64,000 nt of DNA, taken from contig JAJRVJ010000010.1 in assembly GCA_024277435.1 (NCBI GenBank), positions 23,663 to 87,662 of the forward strand, in the 5' to 3' direction. Source of the stretch: Patescibacteria group bacterium. GTDB lineage: Bacteria; Patescibacteriota; Patescibacteriia; UBA9570. Shown here one piece after another: positions 41,126-50,485 of this stretch (the stretch's first letter is position 1; each line of letters opens with the position of its first letter). A program made the position numbers and the translations under genes. The notes under the pieces are model-generated. The model had not been told where the DNA came from, did no database searches, and saw only the letters and a list, made by a program, of their open reading frames with translations.

Positions 41126-42650
41126 AATGAATTCTTAGTATTGCCTCAATCATCCTAGCATGTTTTTCTCCTCCAGCACCAGGAAGCATGAGAGGGATCA
41201 TTTTAGCTACCATTCCAGCCACTGCAAGATGATCTTTTTTAAATTGTACTTCTCCACCTTCAGGCATCTCACTCGCCCGCCGAGATTCACTCTCACCATC
41301 CCGTGATTCAGCCGCATCAACCGATACTCTAAATTGATTCAATACCTCTCTACTCGCTAAATAATCTGCCATGACATCAACAATTGGATCAATCACAGAC
41401 AAATCCTCTCCTGGAAATACCCTGCTCAAACCTTTCTTCGCCATGTATTTATAGTAATTAAAATCCCTGGGCGCCTTAGGTAGGGTTTCTGAAAATTGTG
41501 TTATTACCGATGTGCCAGGATGACTAGATGATAAATGTTTTGAGTGTATAGCAGCTTTATCACCATTTATCATCTCATGCTCTAATACGGGTGCGTCATG
41601 AGCCTCCTCTTTGTACAATAATGTAAATCCTATACTCGCAGTCATTGGTTTACCATCACTTCTTTTAACGGATTCAATGGCTTGTTGAAGCTTAAATAAA
41701 ATGCGCTTCACCTGAGGCGGAACATTCATGTCTACGTCATTAGAAATGATTGCCTGATCAATTGAATCGCCTGGTTTTGTCTCGGCGGTTAAATCAATAT
41801 CATTGATGATAAAAAACAACTCATCTCCTCCCGGACGCCCTTTAATATCAATGCCACGCAATGCGCCCTCAAGGGCCATTGCCATCGGGGTGAGAATATC
41901 TCGGTCTACTCCAGCGTGCCCTTCTGGATGACGCTCATTTTCCAACTTAAAATCATTTAAATCGATAACCACAACCATCATGCAGCGGTTATCCGGTCCA
42001 TGTTCTAACCTCTTTACCTCTACCTCATGTAATTTTTGAGCGTAGGCCAAGCTTCTTACAAAGCCCGTTAAGCTATCGGTGGCAGCCCGCCGTTCAAATT
42101 CTTTCCTTAGCAACAACTTGGCTTGATGTTCGGCTTTTGCTCTATAAAATGCATAGTGATCGATCTCACTCCTCATACTCTCTACTCCCTCCAAGCGTAT
42201 AGCTACCTCCTGTCGAATTTCTTCCACCTTAAGACAAATAACCTGATGCAACCTAATGTCAGATTCAACTATTAATTCCCTTTCCGGTACCATGGCATAT
42301 GCCTCCATACTCTTCCAATCAGCCTCACTCATTTCATGGCGCTTCAAAGCTTCGCTTAGTAAGCGATCATGAGCAGCTCGCTTACCACCATGCATAACGC
42401 GATCTTCTAACTCAGCTTTGATTTCAGCAGCCCGATCGGAAATTGTAAATTCACCACTGGTAAGAGTGCGATCTTCAAGAACATCTGATAATTCTGATAT
42501 TGTAGGATCCGAAGCCTGCGGATCATCAATAATAGCTTGAATACGTTCTGAGCTCGTAGTCATCTCTTCACTAACGCCTACAGCTCGTGACTCAACGCCT
42601 GGTTTTTGTGTCGGTTCTCCCCTCTTACCACTAGCGGGCTTCTTAGCCAT
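41109..42650 (-). CDS. GGDEF (diguanylate cyclase-like) protein with helical N-terminus and an unnamed C-terminal domain
   Basis: ATDSLTG, IDLNDFK.EN, GH, RGID I-site, GRPGGDEL, TASIG. Confidence 0.85.
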   Translation of the reverse strand: MAKKPASGKRGEPTQKPGVESRAVGVSEEMTTSSERIQAIIDDPQASDPTISELSDVLEDRTLTSGEFTISDRAAEIKAELEDRVMHGGKRAAHDRLLSEALKRHEMSEADWKSMEAYAMVPERELIVESDIRLHQVICLKVEEIRQEVAIRLEGVESMRSEIDHYAFYRAKAEHQAKLLLRKEFERRAATDSLTGFVRSLAYAQKLHEVEVKRLEHGPDNRCMMVVVIDLNDFKLENERHPEGHAGVDRDILTPMAMALEGALRGIDIKGRPGGDELFFIINDIDLTAETKPGDSIDQAIISNDVDMNVPPQVKRILFKLQQAIESVKRSDGKPMTASIGFTLLYKEEAHDAPVLEHEMINGDKAAIHSKHLSSSHPGTSVITQFSETLPKAPRDFNYYKYMAKKGLSRVFPGEDLSVIDPIVDVMADYLASREVLNQFRVSVDAAESRDGESESRRASEMPEGGEVQFKKDHLAVAGMVAKMIPLMLPGAGGEKHARMIEAILRIHFEDEK

Positions 42651-42659
42651 AAATTTTGA

Positions 42660-43394
42660 TTATGATTTATTCTTTTTGGTATGTTGAGCCACCCACTCAC
42701 GGCGCCACTCCGTTGCCTTGAATAAGCTTTCAAATGTACCGGCATCAATCCACTTACCTTCAATAGTAGATGCGGTTAACGCACCTTTTTCTAAATAGAC
42801 ATTATTAAGATCGGTAATTTCTAATTCACCACGATCGGACGCACCCAGTGTGCGAATTAAATCAAATACATGTTCGTCGTATACATAAACGCCAGTTTGA
42901 GCATAATTACTTTTTGGTTTACTCGGTTTCTCCTCAATACTCAATACATGTCCACGCTCATCCATTTCCACTACTCCGAACCGCTCTGGATCATGAACTT
43001 CTTTTACAAAAATCCTTGCGCCTGAAGCAAAGTCTTCAAAGTCCTTTTTAAAATTATGCTCATACAGATTATCGCCTAATATCATTACACAACTATCATC
43101 ACCAACAAATGTTTCTGCCAAGGCCAAGCCTTGAGCTAATCCACCTGGCTCATCTTGAATTTCATACGTAAATTTGGCGCCAAAATCCTTACCAGAACCT
43201 AAAAACATCAAAAAATCACCCGCATGGTCTGGCGCAGTAATAATTAAGATGTCTGTAATACCACCATCTAATAATGTTTTTAGGGGATAGTAGATCATTG
43301 GCTGATCATAGATTGGGAGCAACTGCTTACTAGTTACTCGAGTTAATGGGGATAAACGAGTTCCGCTACCACCAGCTAAAATAATACCTTTCAT
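42660..43394 (-). CDS. rfbA: Glucose-1-phosphate thymidylyltransferase (short form)
   Basis: GIILAGGSGTRL, SKQLLPIYD, LGDN, EEKP, RGELEITD, WIDAGT. Confidence 0.95.
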   Translation of the reverse strand: MKGIILAGGSGTRLSPLTRVTSKQLLPIYDQPMIYYPLKTLLDGGITDILIITAPDHAGDFLMFLGSGKDFGAKFTYEIQDEPGGLAQGLALAETFVGDDSCVMILGDNLYEHNFKKDFEDFASGARIFVKEVHDPERFGVVEMDERGHVLSIEEKPSKPKSNYAQTGVYVYDEHVFDLIRTLGASDRGELEITDLNNVYLEKGALTASTIEGKWIDAGTFESLFKATEWRREWVAQHTKKNKS

Positions 43395-43413
43395 AAAACC
43401 AACCTTATCATAC

Positions 43414-43635
43414 TTATATTGGTCTGTCTACGTCTTTTTTTACCACTTTACGCTGAATTATTGCAATGCCAATAACTATAATGCTACCCCAACCAATAAG
43501 ATTGATTGGAACAATCGCTGTCACAAAACCATCTAATATGATGTTGATAATAACCAATGTAAAATATACTACCGTACCCCAGACAGCGAGATCAGAAACA
43601 CATTTTTGAATTAATAGTTTACTAGCTTTTTTCAT
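43414..43635 (-). CDS. Small two-TM hypothetical protein
   Basis: Two hydrophobic helices; fills the gap between neighbours; likely start ATG 43633-43635. Confidence 0.65.
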   Translation of the reverse strand: MKKASKLLIQKCVSDLAVWGTVVYFTLVIINIILDGFVTAIVPINLIGWGSIIVIGIAIIQRKVVKKDVDRPI

Positions 43636-43639
43636 ATGC

Positions 43640-45151
43640 TTAATTACCAAATAAACGATTTTTCACTCTAGGCCAAAATGTATCCCAGGTAACCGCTTCT
43701 TTTGTAGCGGTAATATGAATTGCGCGCACCTTTAAGCCTTGTGGTGATTGCTCAAGCCCTGGGGCTGACAATATAAAATCAAGCGTTGTAGGATCTTCAC
43801 GATACGCTTGAGATACATCAAATGTTGCGGTGGCTATTGTCCAACTACGTAGTCGCTCTGGAAATGTATACTGTTTTGAAATAATGTAATCTAAATTTGT
43901 AAGGCTCGCATAATGCGTAAGTGGCTCAAATCCAAACAGTGGATCGAACCAACTATTTTCATCTACACTTAATATTCCTGTGGTAATTAATTGCACATCA
44001 TTTTGAGGCACTTCAAAACTGTGAAAATAATTTGGAATTGGGTTATTCCACTGGAATGGAGCGTTATCCTTAGGGATCACGAATTCCCCATCATAAAAAT
44101 CTATTGATCCTACGCCATACTGATGTTTTGCGAGTAACGTGATGAAATGTGCGTTACTATATACTGTAGTACTGTCTGTGACAATATCCGGAATTGTATT
44201 TTGATACTCTGGCGATCCTGCTAAATGCAAGTTACCTTTAAACACAAGTTTATGTTGTGATGATGTGATATTTGTAAAAATAATATCATCATTAGCTTCT
44301 AATACAATTCGATAAATACCTTCCTTTAGATCCTTTAGCTCAACACTAGCGGTGCGCTCTCCCCGCGACACACCCGAAATACCTTCATCGCCATCATCTG
44401 CAAATTCTTGTACAGCACTGACGTTACCAACATAATACACCGTAATTTTTACTGGATCTGGCCCAGCTCCGTAATTAATATCCTGATAGGTTGCTGAAAA
44501 ACGTAAATCCTCATCTTTAATATATGTATAGAGCTCATGGCGACCACGTAAAGGTGTGGTAAATTCCGTTCCCTCCTCTGACGGCTCATAAGTTGGATCG
44601 ATAAACGGAAATTCTAGGGATGTTAAAAATGTACCTACTCTAGCATCAGTTGGTGGGGTTTCTAAAAATTCTTCTACTGAATTATATGTCGGTTCTTTTT
44701 GTAGAAGAATATAATCATCATTTTCCGTTGCATCCCAAACACTATCATCAACCAATGGATTTTCGAGTGGTTTAAAATCATAATTCCAAGCCTCTTCATC
44801 GTCGTCGAGGCGCAAACCTATCTGAACGATATTATCATCAGGATTTTGATACTCAATAGTTACCTCGGCTTCTGGATACGGACTGGGTAATTGAACAGAA
44901 AAATATATTGGGTCACCTACGAGTCGCTGATAAAACTCCCCGTTTGATGTATTTTGTTCACGGGTCAGGGCTCTACCTGATGGACCAAATTCAGAAATTA
45001 TCCCAGGCTCTTCATTGAAATAGTATGAATACGAAAATTCTCCATGAGGAGCATAGTAAATAACTAGTACATATCCCAGAATAGATACTCCTAGAATACT
45101 CAGCCCTATTCTCCACCACCACTGCAGTATACTTACGTTTTTATTAACCAT
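43640..45151 (-). CDS. Membrane-anchored, acidic, beta-rich extracellular hypothetical protein
   Basis: N-terminal TM, 503 aa, no recognised motif. Confidence 0.75.
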   Translation of the reverse strand: MVNKNVSILQWWWRIGLSILGVSILGYVLVIYYAPHGEFSYSYYFNEEPGIISEFGPSGRALTREQNTSNGEFYQRLVGDPIYFSVQLPSPYPEAEVTIEYQNPDDNIVQIGLRLDDDEEAWNYDFKPLENPLVDDSVWDATENDDYILLQKEPTYNSVEEFLETPPTDARVGTFLTSLEFPFIDPTYEPSEEGTEFTTPLRGRHELYTYIKDEDLRFSATYQDINYGAGPDPVKITVYYVGNVSAVQEFADDGDEGISGVSRGERTASVELKDLKEGIYRIVLEANDDIIFTNITSSQHKLVFKGNLHLAGSPEYQNTIPDIVTDSTTVYSNAHFITLLAKHQYGVGSIDFYDGEFVIPKDNAPFQWNNPIPNYFHSFEVPQNDVQLITTGILSVDENSWFDPLFGFEPLTHYASLTNLDYIISKQYTFPERLRSWTIATATFDVSQAYREDPTTLDFILSAPGLEQSPQGLKVRAIHITATKEAVTWDTFWPRVKNRLFGN

Positions 45152-45159
45152 TACTAACT

Positions 45160-45211
45160 ACTATACAGACCAACCTGCAGCCTTGTCAATTTAATTAATT
45201 AGTGGTATAGT
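45160..45211. promoter_or_regulatory. Bidirectional promoter sharing one palindromic -35 (TTGTCAA)
   Basis: Minus strand: TTGACA-18-TATAGT, 8 nt to ATG. Plus strand: TTGTCA(45183)-17-(TGg)TATAGT. Confidence 0.72.
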
Positions 45212-45233
45212 AGCGCTTGATTTTAAATATTGT

Positions 45234-46154
45234 ATGTATAGTATTGTTGTTCCAATTTATAACGAATCCGGTAATGTTCGTGAGTTACATAAGCGTTTAG
45301 TTTCGGTGTGTTCGGCATTGGGCGAATATGAATTGATTTTTGTTGATGATGGCAGCTCAGATGGAACTAGCAAGATTCTTAAAGAACTATCTCCTGTTGA
45401 GGTTATTACGTTTAGGAAAAATTTTGGACAAACCGCAGCCCTTGATGCCGGCATCAAGCACGCTAAAGGCGAATACATCATTACGATGGATGCGGATTTA
45501 CAAAATCCACCTGAAGAAATTCCTAAACTGGTAAAAGCCATGAAAGAACAAGGTGTTGATGTAGTTTCTGGCTGGCGTAAAAATCGAAAAGATACCACAA
45601 TGAAACGCTTCGTATCACGCGGTGCTAACGCATTACGTAAATTATTTATTGATGATGGCATTCATGACTCTGGATGCACGTTAAAGATTTATCGAAAGTA
45701 TTGCTTTGAGCAGTTCGATTTATTTGGAGAAATTCATCGCTTTATTCCAGGAATGTTACGATGGCAAGGTTATAGTATCGGTGAAACAGTAGTTGAGCAC
45801 GCCGCTCGAAAATCTGGCACTTCAAAATATGGATGGAAGCGCATCGTTAAAGGTCTAGTAGATATGATAGGTGTGTGGTTCTGGCGCAAATACTCAACTC
45901 GACCACTTCATTTATTTGGTGGCACTGGTCTCACATTTTCATTTATCGGAATGATCGGATTGGCACTGCTAGCATTCGCGCGTATCTTCTTTGCCTACTC
46001 ACTATCGAATAGCATTTGGCCATTAATTTCAATTCTTTTTGTGTTAGTTGGATTACAATTATTGATATCTGGTTTATTAGCAGATATTACTATAAAAAAT
46101 TACTACCAAAATGATCGGCGCCCCTATAAAATTAAGCGCGTTGATCACCAATAA
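45234..46154 (+). CDS. GT2 polyprenol-phosphate glycosyltransferase (DPM1/ArnC-like)
   Basis: VPIYNE, VDDGSSD, NFGQTAA, MDADLQ, two C-terminal TMs. Confidence 0.92.
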   Translation: MYSIVVPIYNESGNVRELHKRLVSVCSALGEYELIFVDDGSSDGTSKILKELSPVEVITFRKNFGQTAALDAGIKHAKGEYIITMDADLQNPPEEIPKLVKAMKEQGVDVVSGWRKNRKDTTMKRFVSRGANALRKLFIDDGIHDSGCTLKIYRKYCFEQFDLFGEIHRFIPGMLRWQGYSIGETVVEHAARKSGTSKYGWKRIVKGLVDMIGVWFWRKYSTRPLHLFGGTGLTFSFIGMIGLALLAFARIFFAYSLSNSIWPLISILFVLVGLQLLISGLLADITIKNYYQNDRRPYKIKRVDHQ

Positions 46155-46157
46155 TAT

Positions 46158-47330
46158 ATGAACGCCCTGGTGATCGCGCCAACGCCATATTTTTCAGATC
46201 GCGGTTGCCACATACGCATTATTGAAGAAATTACTGCACTGGTTGATGCTGGACATACACCTGTTGTGTATACCTACCATTTAGGTCGCGACGAAGGACC
46301 TGTGCAGATATATCGTACGGTACGTGTGCCATGGTATACAAAAACAGCCGCTGGCCCATCACTACATAAACTATATGTAGATCTATTATTGCTATGGAAA
46401 ATACTACGAACCGCAAAAAAACATAATTTTGATATTATTCACGCCCACCTTCACGAAGGCGCCTGGATAGGCTGGTTTATTAAGCATTGGTTGCGCATCC
46501 CACTAATACTAGATGCTCAAGGTAGTTTGGTTGGTGAATTGCGCAGTCACGCATTTTTCAAGGTACCTGGATTGCGCACTGTGTTTACATTCATTGAAGG
46601 TTGGATTGTGCGACGAGCTGATCATATCTTTACCAGCTCGCAAGCAGCCTACCAATTTATTGGTGAGTATTTTCCAGAAGTAAAACCAAAACTTTCTATG
46701 TTAGGTGATGCTGTTTCCGTACCATCATTTAGCACTGTTTCTGATGACGCTGTTACCAAAATTGCAAGTGAGCTTGATATCGATCAAACTAAACCAGTAG
46801 TAATGTATACTGGCGGATTATCCAAAATCAAGGGAATTGATTTACTATTAGACGCCATACCTAAGGTACTTGAATCTGCTCCGGACACTCAGTTCGTTAT
46901 TATTGGCTACCCAGACATCGATCGTTGTAAAGCGATTGTAAAAAATTTGAATGTACACAACGCCGTGCGCTTCCCTGGTAGGGTGAACTACTTTGATTTG
47001 CCAACCTATTTGCGATTAGCAGATATTGCTATTGATCCCAAACCGAGCGGCGCTGGTGAAGCAAGCGGTAAGCTATTGAACTACATGGCTGCCGGACTTC
47101 CTGTTGTGGCATTTGATTCGGTGAATGCACGAGATATGCTAGCAGATTGTGGATCCTTAGTAAGTGATGAACATAGCCCGGCCCTAGCTAACTCTATTGT
47201 TGAATTACTTAACGACACTGCGAAAGCTGAGATGCTTGGTAAGAAAGCGCTACAACGTATTGCTACCGAATACTCATGGCAAGAGCGCATTAAACACGCA
47301 AGTACCATCTATGAGCAACTCACAAAATAA
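46158..47330 (+). CDS. GT4 family glycosyltransferase
   Basis: DIIHAH, YTGGL..KGID, KLLNYMAAGLPVV. Confidence 0.9.
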   Translation: MNALVIAPTPYFSDRGCHIRIIEEITALVDAGHTPVVYTYHLGRDEGPVQIYRTVRVPWYTKTAAGPSLHKLYVDLLLLWKILRTAKKHNFDIIHAHLHEGAWIGWFIKHWLRIPLILDAQGSLVGELRSHAFFKVPGLRTVFTFIEGWIVRRADHIFTSSQAAYQFIGEYFPEVKPKLSMLGDAVSVPSFSTVSDDAVTKIASELDIDQTKPVVMYTGGLSKIKGIDLLLDAIPKVLESAPDTQFVIIGYPDIDRCKAIVKNLNVHNAVRFPGRVNYFDLPTYLRLADIAIDPKPSGAGEASGKLLNYMAAGLPVVAFDSVNARDMLADCGSLVSDEHSPALANSIVELLNDTAKAEMLGKKALQRIATEYSWQERIKHASTIYEQLTK

Positions 47331-48732
47331 GGTTCTTGCTAAAAATACCTTATGGCTGATGATAGCTGAATTCAGCAGCCGGATTATTGTATTCTTTGTA
47401 ATAGTTTGGCTAGCAAATTATCTTGGTGATGATTTATACGGTGAACTCAGTTATGCATTTGCTATTGCGAATATATTGGTTGTTGTTGCGGACTTTGGAT
47501 TAAGTACCTATGTTGTCCGCGAGCTATCTCGTGATACTAGTAAAACCCGTGAATTCATCACGCAATTATTGGGATTAAAAATTGTACTGAGCGTACTCAC
47601 TGTTGGCTTAATTATCCTTGTGGGTTGGCTACTAGGAAATATTAATATGCTTGTAGCAGTACTTGGTGGTAGTGCGATTATTTTTGGTAGCAACCGTATG
47701 TTTGTGGAATCATTTTTTCGAGCGCATCAACGCATGGCGTTGGAAGCGATTACAAAAATTATTGGAGGCATACTATTAGCCGGAATATTAAGTTATTTCA
47801 TCTGGCAGCAGGCCGACATTGAATCTATTGCATTGGCATATTTTATTGCAAATACAATATCCATAATTATTGCGCTTGTTGTATTGTATGTAGCAATTAG
47901 CCCGTATCGTATTGCATTTTCTTTACGGCGTTATCGGGCAGTACTGTTGGTAGCTTGGCCATTCGCATTAAGTTTGGCAATCAATTATCTCTATAACTAT
48001 ATGGATTCGGCAATGCTAGGAATGCTGGATCTTAAAACTGCTGCCGGTTGGTATGCTGCGGCCTATAAACCCATTTTCTTTTTAACAGCTGTGGCTGGCA
48101 TGGTGATTAATGCTTTTTTTCCAGTACTATCTAAAAGCTACGCGGAATCGAAAGACAGCCTACAATCCATTGTTTCACAATTATTTAAAATTAATTCAAC
48201 CATTGCTTGGCCAATGGCAATTGGTGGTACTGTTATCGCTACTGACCTAGTTACTCTACTGTACAACCCTGAATACGCTCCGGCCGGTTTAGCTTTTCAA
48301 ATATTAATTTGGAGCACATCATTTATTTATCTGTGGGCAGTATTTGGCAATAGTTTACAAGCCTGTAATCGTGAAAAAACGTATCTCCGTGGATTTGCTT
48401 GGGGTGCAGTACTCAATATCATACTCAATATCATACTCATCCCACTGTATAGCCTGTATGGTGCAGCGGCTGCTACGCTAATTACGCAATTATTCTTATT
48501 CGTCTACATGTACATGCAATTCAAGTCGATTGCTCATGTGCCAATTATTGCAACAACCTGGAAGCCTTTTATTTCTGCTGTGATTATGGGTAGCGTACTT
48601 GTAGTACTTCCGGCGATAGGATTAGTGGGTACAATTCTAGTGGGTATACTAGTGTATATTCTGCTATTATTTATATTACGCGGTATTACTAAAAACGATA
48701 TTACATTTATGCTTTCATTATGGAAAAAGTAG
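47311..48732 (+). CDS. Wzx/MOP family oligosaccharide flippase
   Basis: KNTLW, DFGL, GWYAAAY, YGAAAAT; about 12-14 TMs; start moved to ATG 47311. Confidence 0.9.
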   Translation: MSNSQNKVLAKNTLWLMIAEFSSRIIVFFVIVWLANYLGDDLYGELSYAFAIANILVVVADFGLSTYVVRELSRDTSKTREFITQLLGLKIVLSVLTVGLIILVGWLLGNINMLVAVLGGSAIIFGSNRMFVESFFRAHQRMALEAITKIIGGILLAGILSYFIWQQADIESIALAYFIANTISIIIALVVLYVAISPYRIAFSLRRYRAVLLVAWPFALSLAINYLYNYMDSAMLGMLDLKTAAGWYAAAYKPIFFLTAVAGMVINAFFPVLSKSYAESKDSLQSIVSQLFKINSTIAWPMAIGGTVIATDLVTLLYNPEYAPAGLAFQILIWSTSFIYLWAVFGNSLQACNREKTYLRGFAWGAVLNIILNIILIPLYSLYGAAAATLITQLFLFVYMYMQFKSIAHVPIIATTWKPFISAVIMGSVLVVLPAIGLVGTILVGILVYILLLFILRGITKNDITFMLSLWKK

Positions 48733-49586
48733 CAGTAATTATTCTTAACTGGAATGGCCTAGAATTAACAAAGCGTAGCGTTCGTGATGTGCTAGCTTCA
48801 AGTTATCAAGCTGTAGATGTGTATATACTCGATAACGGCTCGAAGAACAATGAAGCCACAAAGCTTATAAAAGAATTTGGCAATACTGTTTTCATTGAAC
48901 GTAGTGAAACTAATCTGGGATTTGCAGGGGGTAATAATCATGTTGTAAATACCCTACTTCCTTCCGAGCAGTACACATACTTCTTGCTACTCAATCAAGA
49001 TACACAAGTAGACTCTGATTGTATTGAGCGGCTTGTAAATCATATGAAGCAAAATAGAATGACGGCAGTGTGTGGACCACTAGTGCTAGAAGCGGATACA
49101 TCGATCGTGCAATCATTTGGCGCCGACATCAACATGAATACAGGAAAAGTTATTAGTAGATTAAAAAATAAGCCCGTTGATACCGTTCCAGATGAACCAA
49201 CTCTCGTAGACTGCGTTGTAGGTAATTGCTTTATGGTGCGCGCTAATATTGTACAGGAATTAGGCCTATTTGACGAACAATACTTTGCCTATTATGAAGA
49301 GGCTGATTGGTGCACCCGCGTTCGGCAGCACGGATATAATTGCATGGTTATTCCGCAGGCCAGAATTTCACATGATAAGGGACATGAATTTCGCACGTAC
49401 TTGAATATACGAAATATGATTTGGTTCGAAAAGAAACTTGCCAGACCCAAACAGCTATTCATATTTTGGTTTCATTTTTGGTTACTGTTTTTTCCTGAAC
49501 GAATCAAAAAGGGCTCACCCATTGGTGAATTATTTAAAGGTGCTATACATGGTTGGCTTGGTCTTAATAAAGGAAAGTTTAACTGA
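48720..49586 (+). CDS. GT2 glycosyltransferase (rhamnosyltransferase-like)
   Basis: ILNWN, DNGS, NLGFAGGNN, LLNQD, YYEEADW. Confidence 0.9.
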   Translation: MEKVAVIILNWNGLELTKRSVRDVLASSYQAVDVYILDNGSKNNEATKLIKEFGNTVFIERSETNLGFAGGNNHVVNTLLPSEQYTYFLLLNQDTQVDSDCIERLVNHMKQNRMTAVCGPLVLEADTSIVQSFGADINMNTGKVISRLKNKPVDTVPDEPTLVDCVVGNCFMVRANIVQELGLFDEQYFAYYEEADWCTRVRQHGYNCMVIPQARISHDKGHEFRTYLNIRNMIWFEKKLARPKQLFIFWFHFWLLFFPERIKKGSPIGELFKGAIHGWLGLNKGKFN

Positions 49587-49588
49587 TT

Positions 49589-50485
49589 ATGAAATTTTCA
49601 ATTATTATACCTATCTATAATGACCCTCGTATTGTTGCTTGCGTGCGGAGTCTCACGGAATTAAATTACGATAAAAATGAGTATGAAATTATTATTGTTG
49701 ATAATAATTCTTCTACTAATATCCAGGAACTACTACGAGGCATTGAGTATCGCTACATCCTAGAAACTGCTGCTGGCTCGTACAATGCTCGTAACGCTGG
49801 AATCACAGCTGCTTCTGGTGAGTGGTTAGCATTTACCGATTCCGATTGCGTAGTTGATAAAGAATGGCTATCTACAATTGAGCACTACCTCGCAAAAGAT
49901 GATGTATCTGGAGTAATGGGATATTCAGCTGGTAATAACGCTAATGCTGTAGCTGCGTACGAACAGAAGATGTACGAAGAAAATATTGCTGGTTTCACTG
50001 ACGCTCAAGAACTGCGACGCATCGACACACGTAATTTTGCAGTTAAACGACCCGTAATAGAAACCATCGGAGGATTCACTAAAGATATTAAATATGGCGG
50101 TGATATGGAGTATGGAGCAATGGCTCACGAAGCTGGCTTTACTATGGTATACGCTCCAGACGTTATAGTTACCCATACTAATCCAACACACTTACCAACA
50201 CTTCTCGCTAAACGTGTCCGCCAAAATGCTGGTAATATGCTATTACTTACACATCATACGGATGTGTTTATTCAAGAATATTTCCCGCACTTATTGAGAT
50301 ACAAACCCAGTACTGCAACTTGGTTGCGCTGGGTAGTGCTATGGCCCATCATTAAGCTACACTTCCCATTTTCTGGTATATTCATTACACTGCTACCACA
50401 ACGCATTGGATATTTTTATTTTAAGGCCATGAATGTACTAGCCATGCGGTTTGGTCAATTAAACTACTTTATACATAAACAATGA
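49589..50485 (+). CDS. GT2 glycosyltransferase
   Basis: IIPIYN, VDNNS, ARNAG, FTDSDC, GGD. Confidence 0.9.
   Translation: MKFSIIIPIYNDPRIVACVRSLTELNYDKNEYEIIIVDNNSSTNIQELLRGIEYRYILETAAGSYNARNAGITAASGEWLAFTDSDCVVDKEWLSTIEHYLAKDDVSGVMGYSAGNNANAVAAYEQKMYEENIAGFTDAQELRRIDTRNFAVKRPVIETIGGFTKDIKYGGDMEYGAMAHEAGFTMVYAPDVIVTHTNPTHLPTLLAKRVRQNAGNMLLLTHHTDVFIQEYFPHLLRYKPSTATWLRWVVLWPIIKLHFPFSGIFITLLPQRIGYFYFKAMNVLAMRFGQLNYFIHKQ

Noticed and set aside
48410-48441. 12-bp tandem repeat (TACTCAATATCA) in the flippase as a phase-variation tract
   Set aside because: It is in frame, has only about 2.5 copies, and encodes the LNIILNIILIP motif typical of Wzx flippases.
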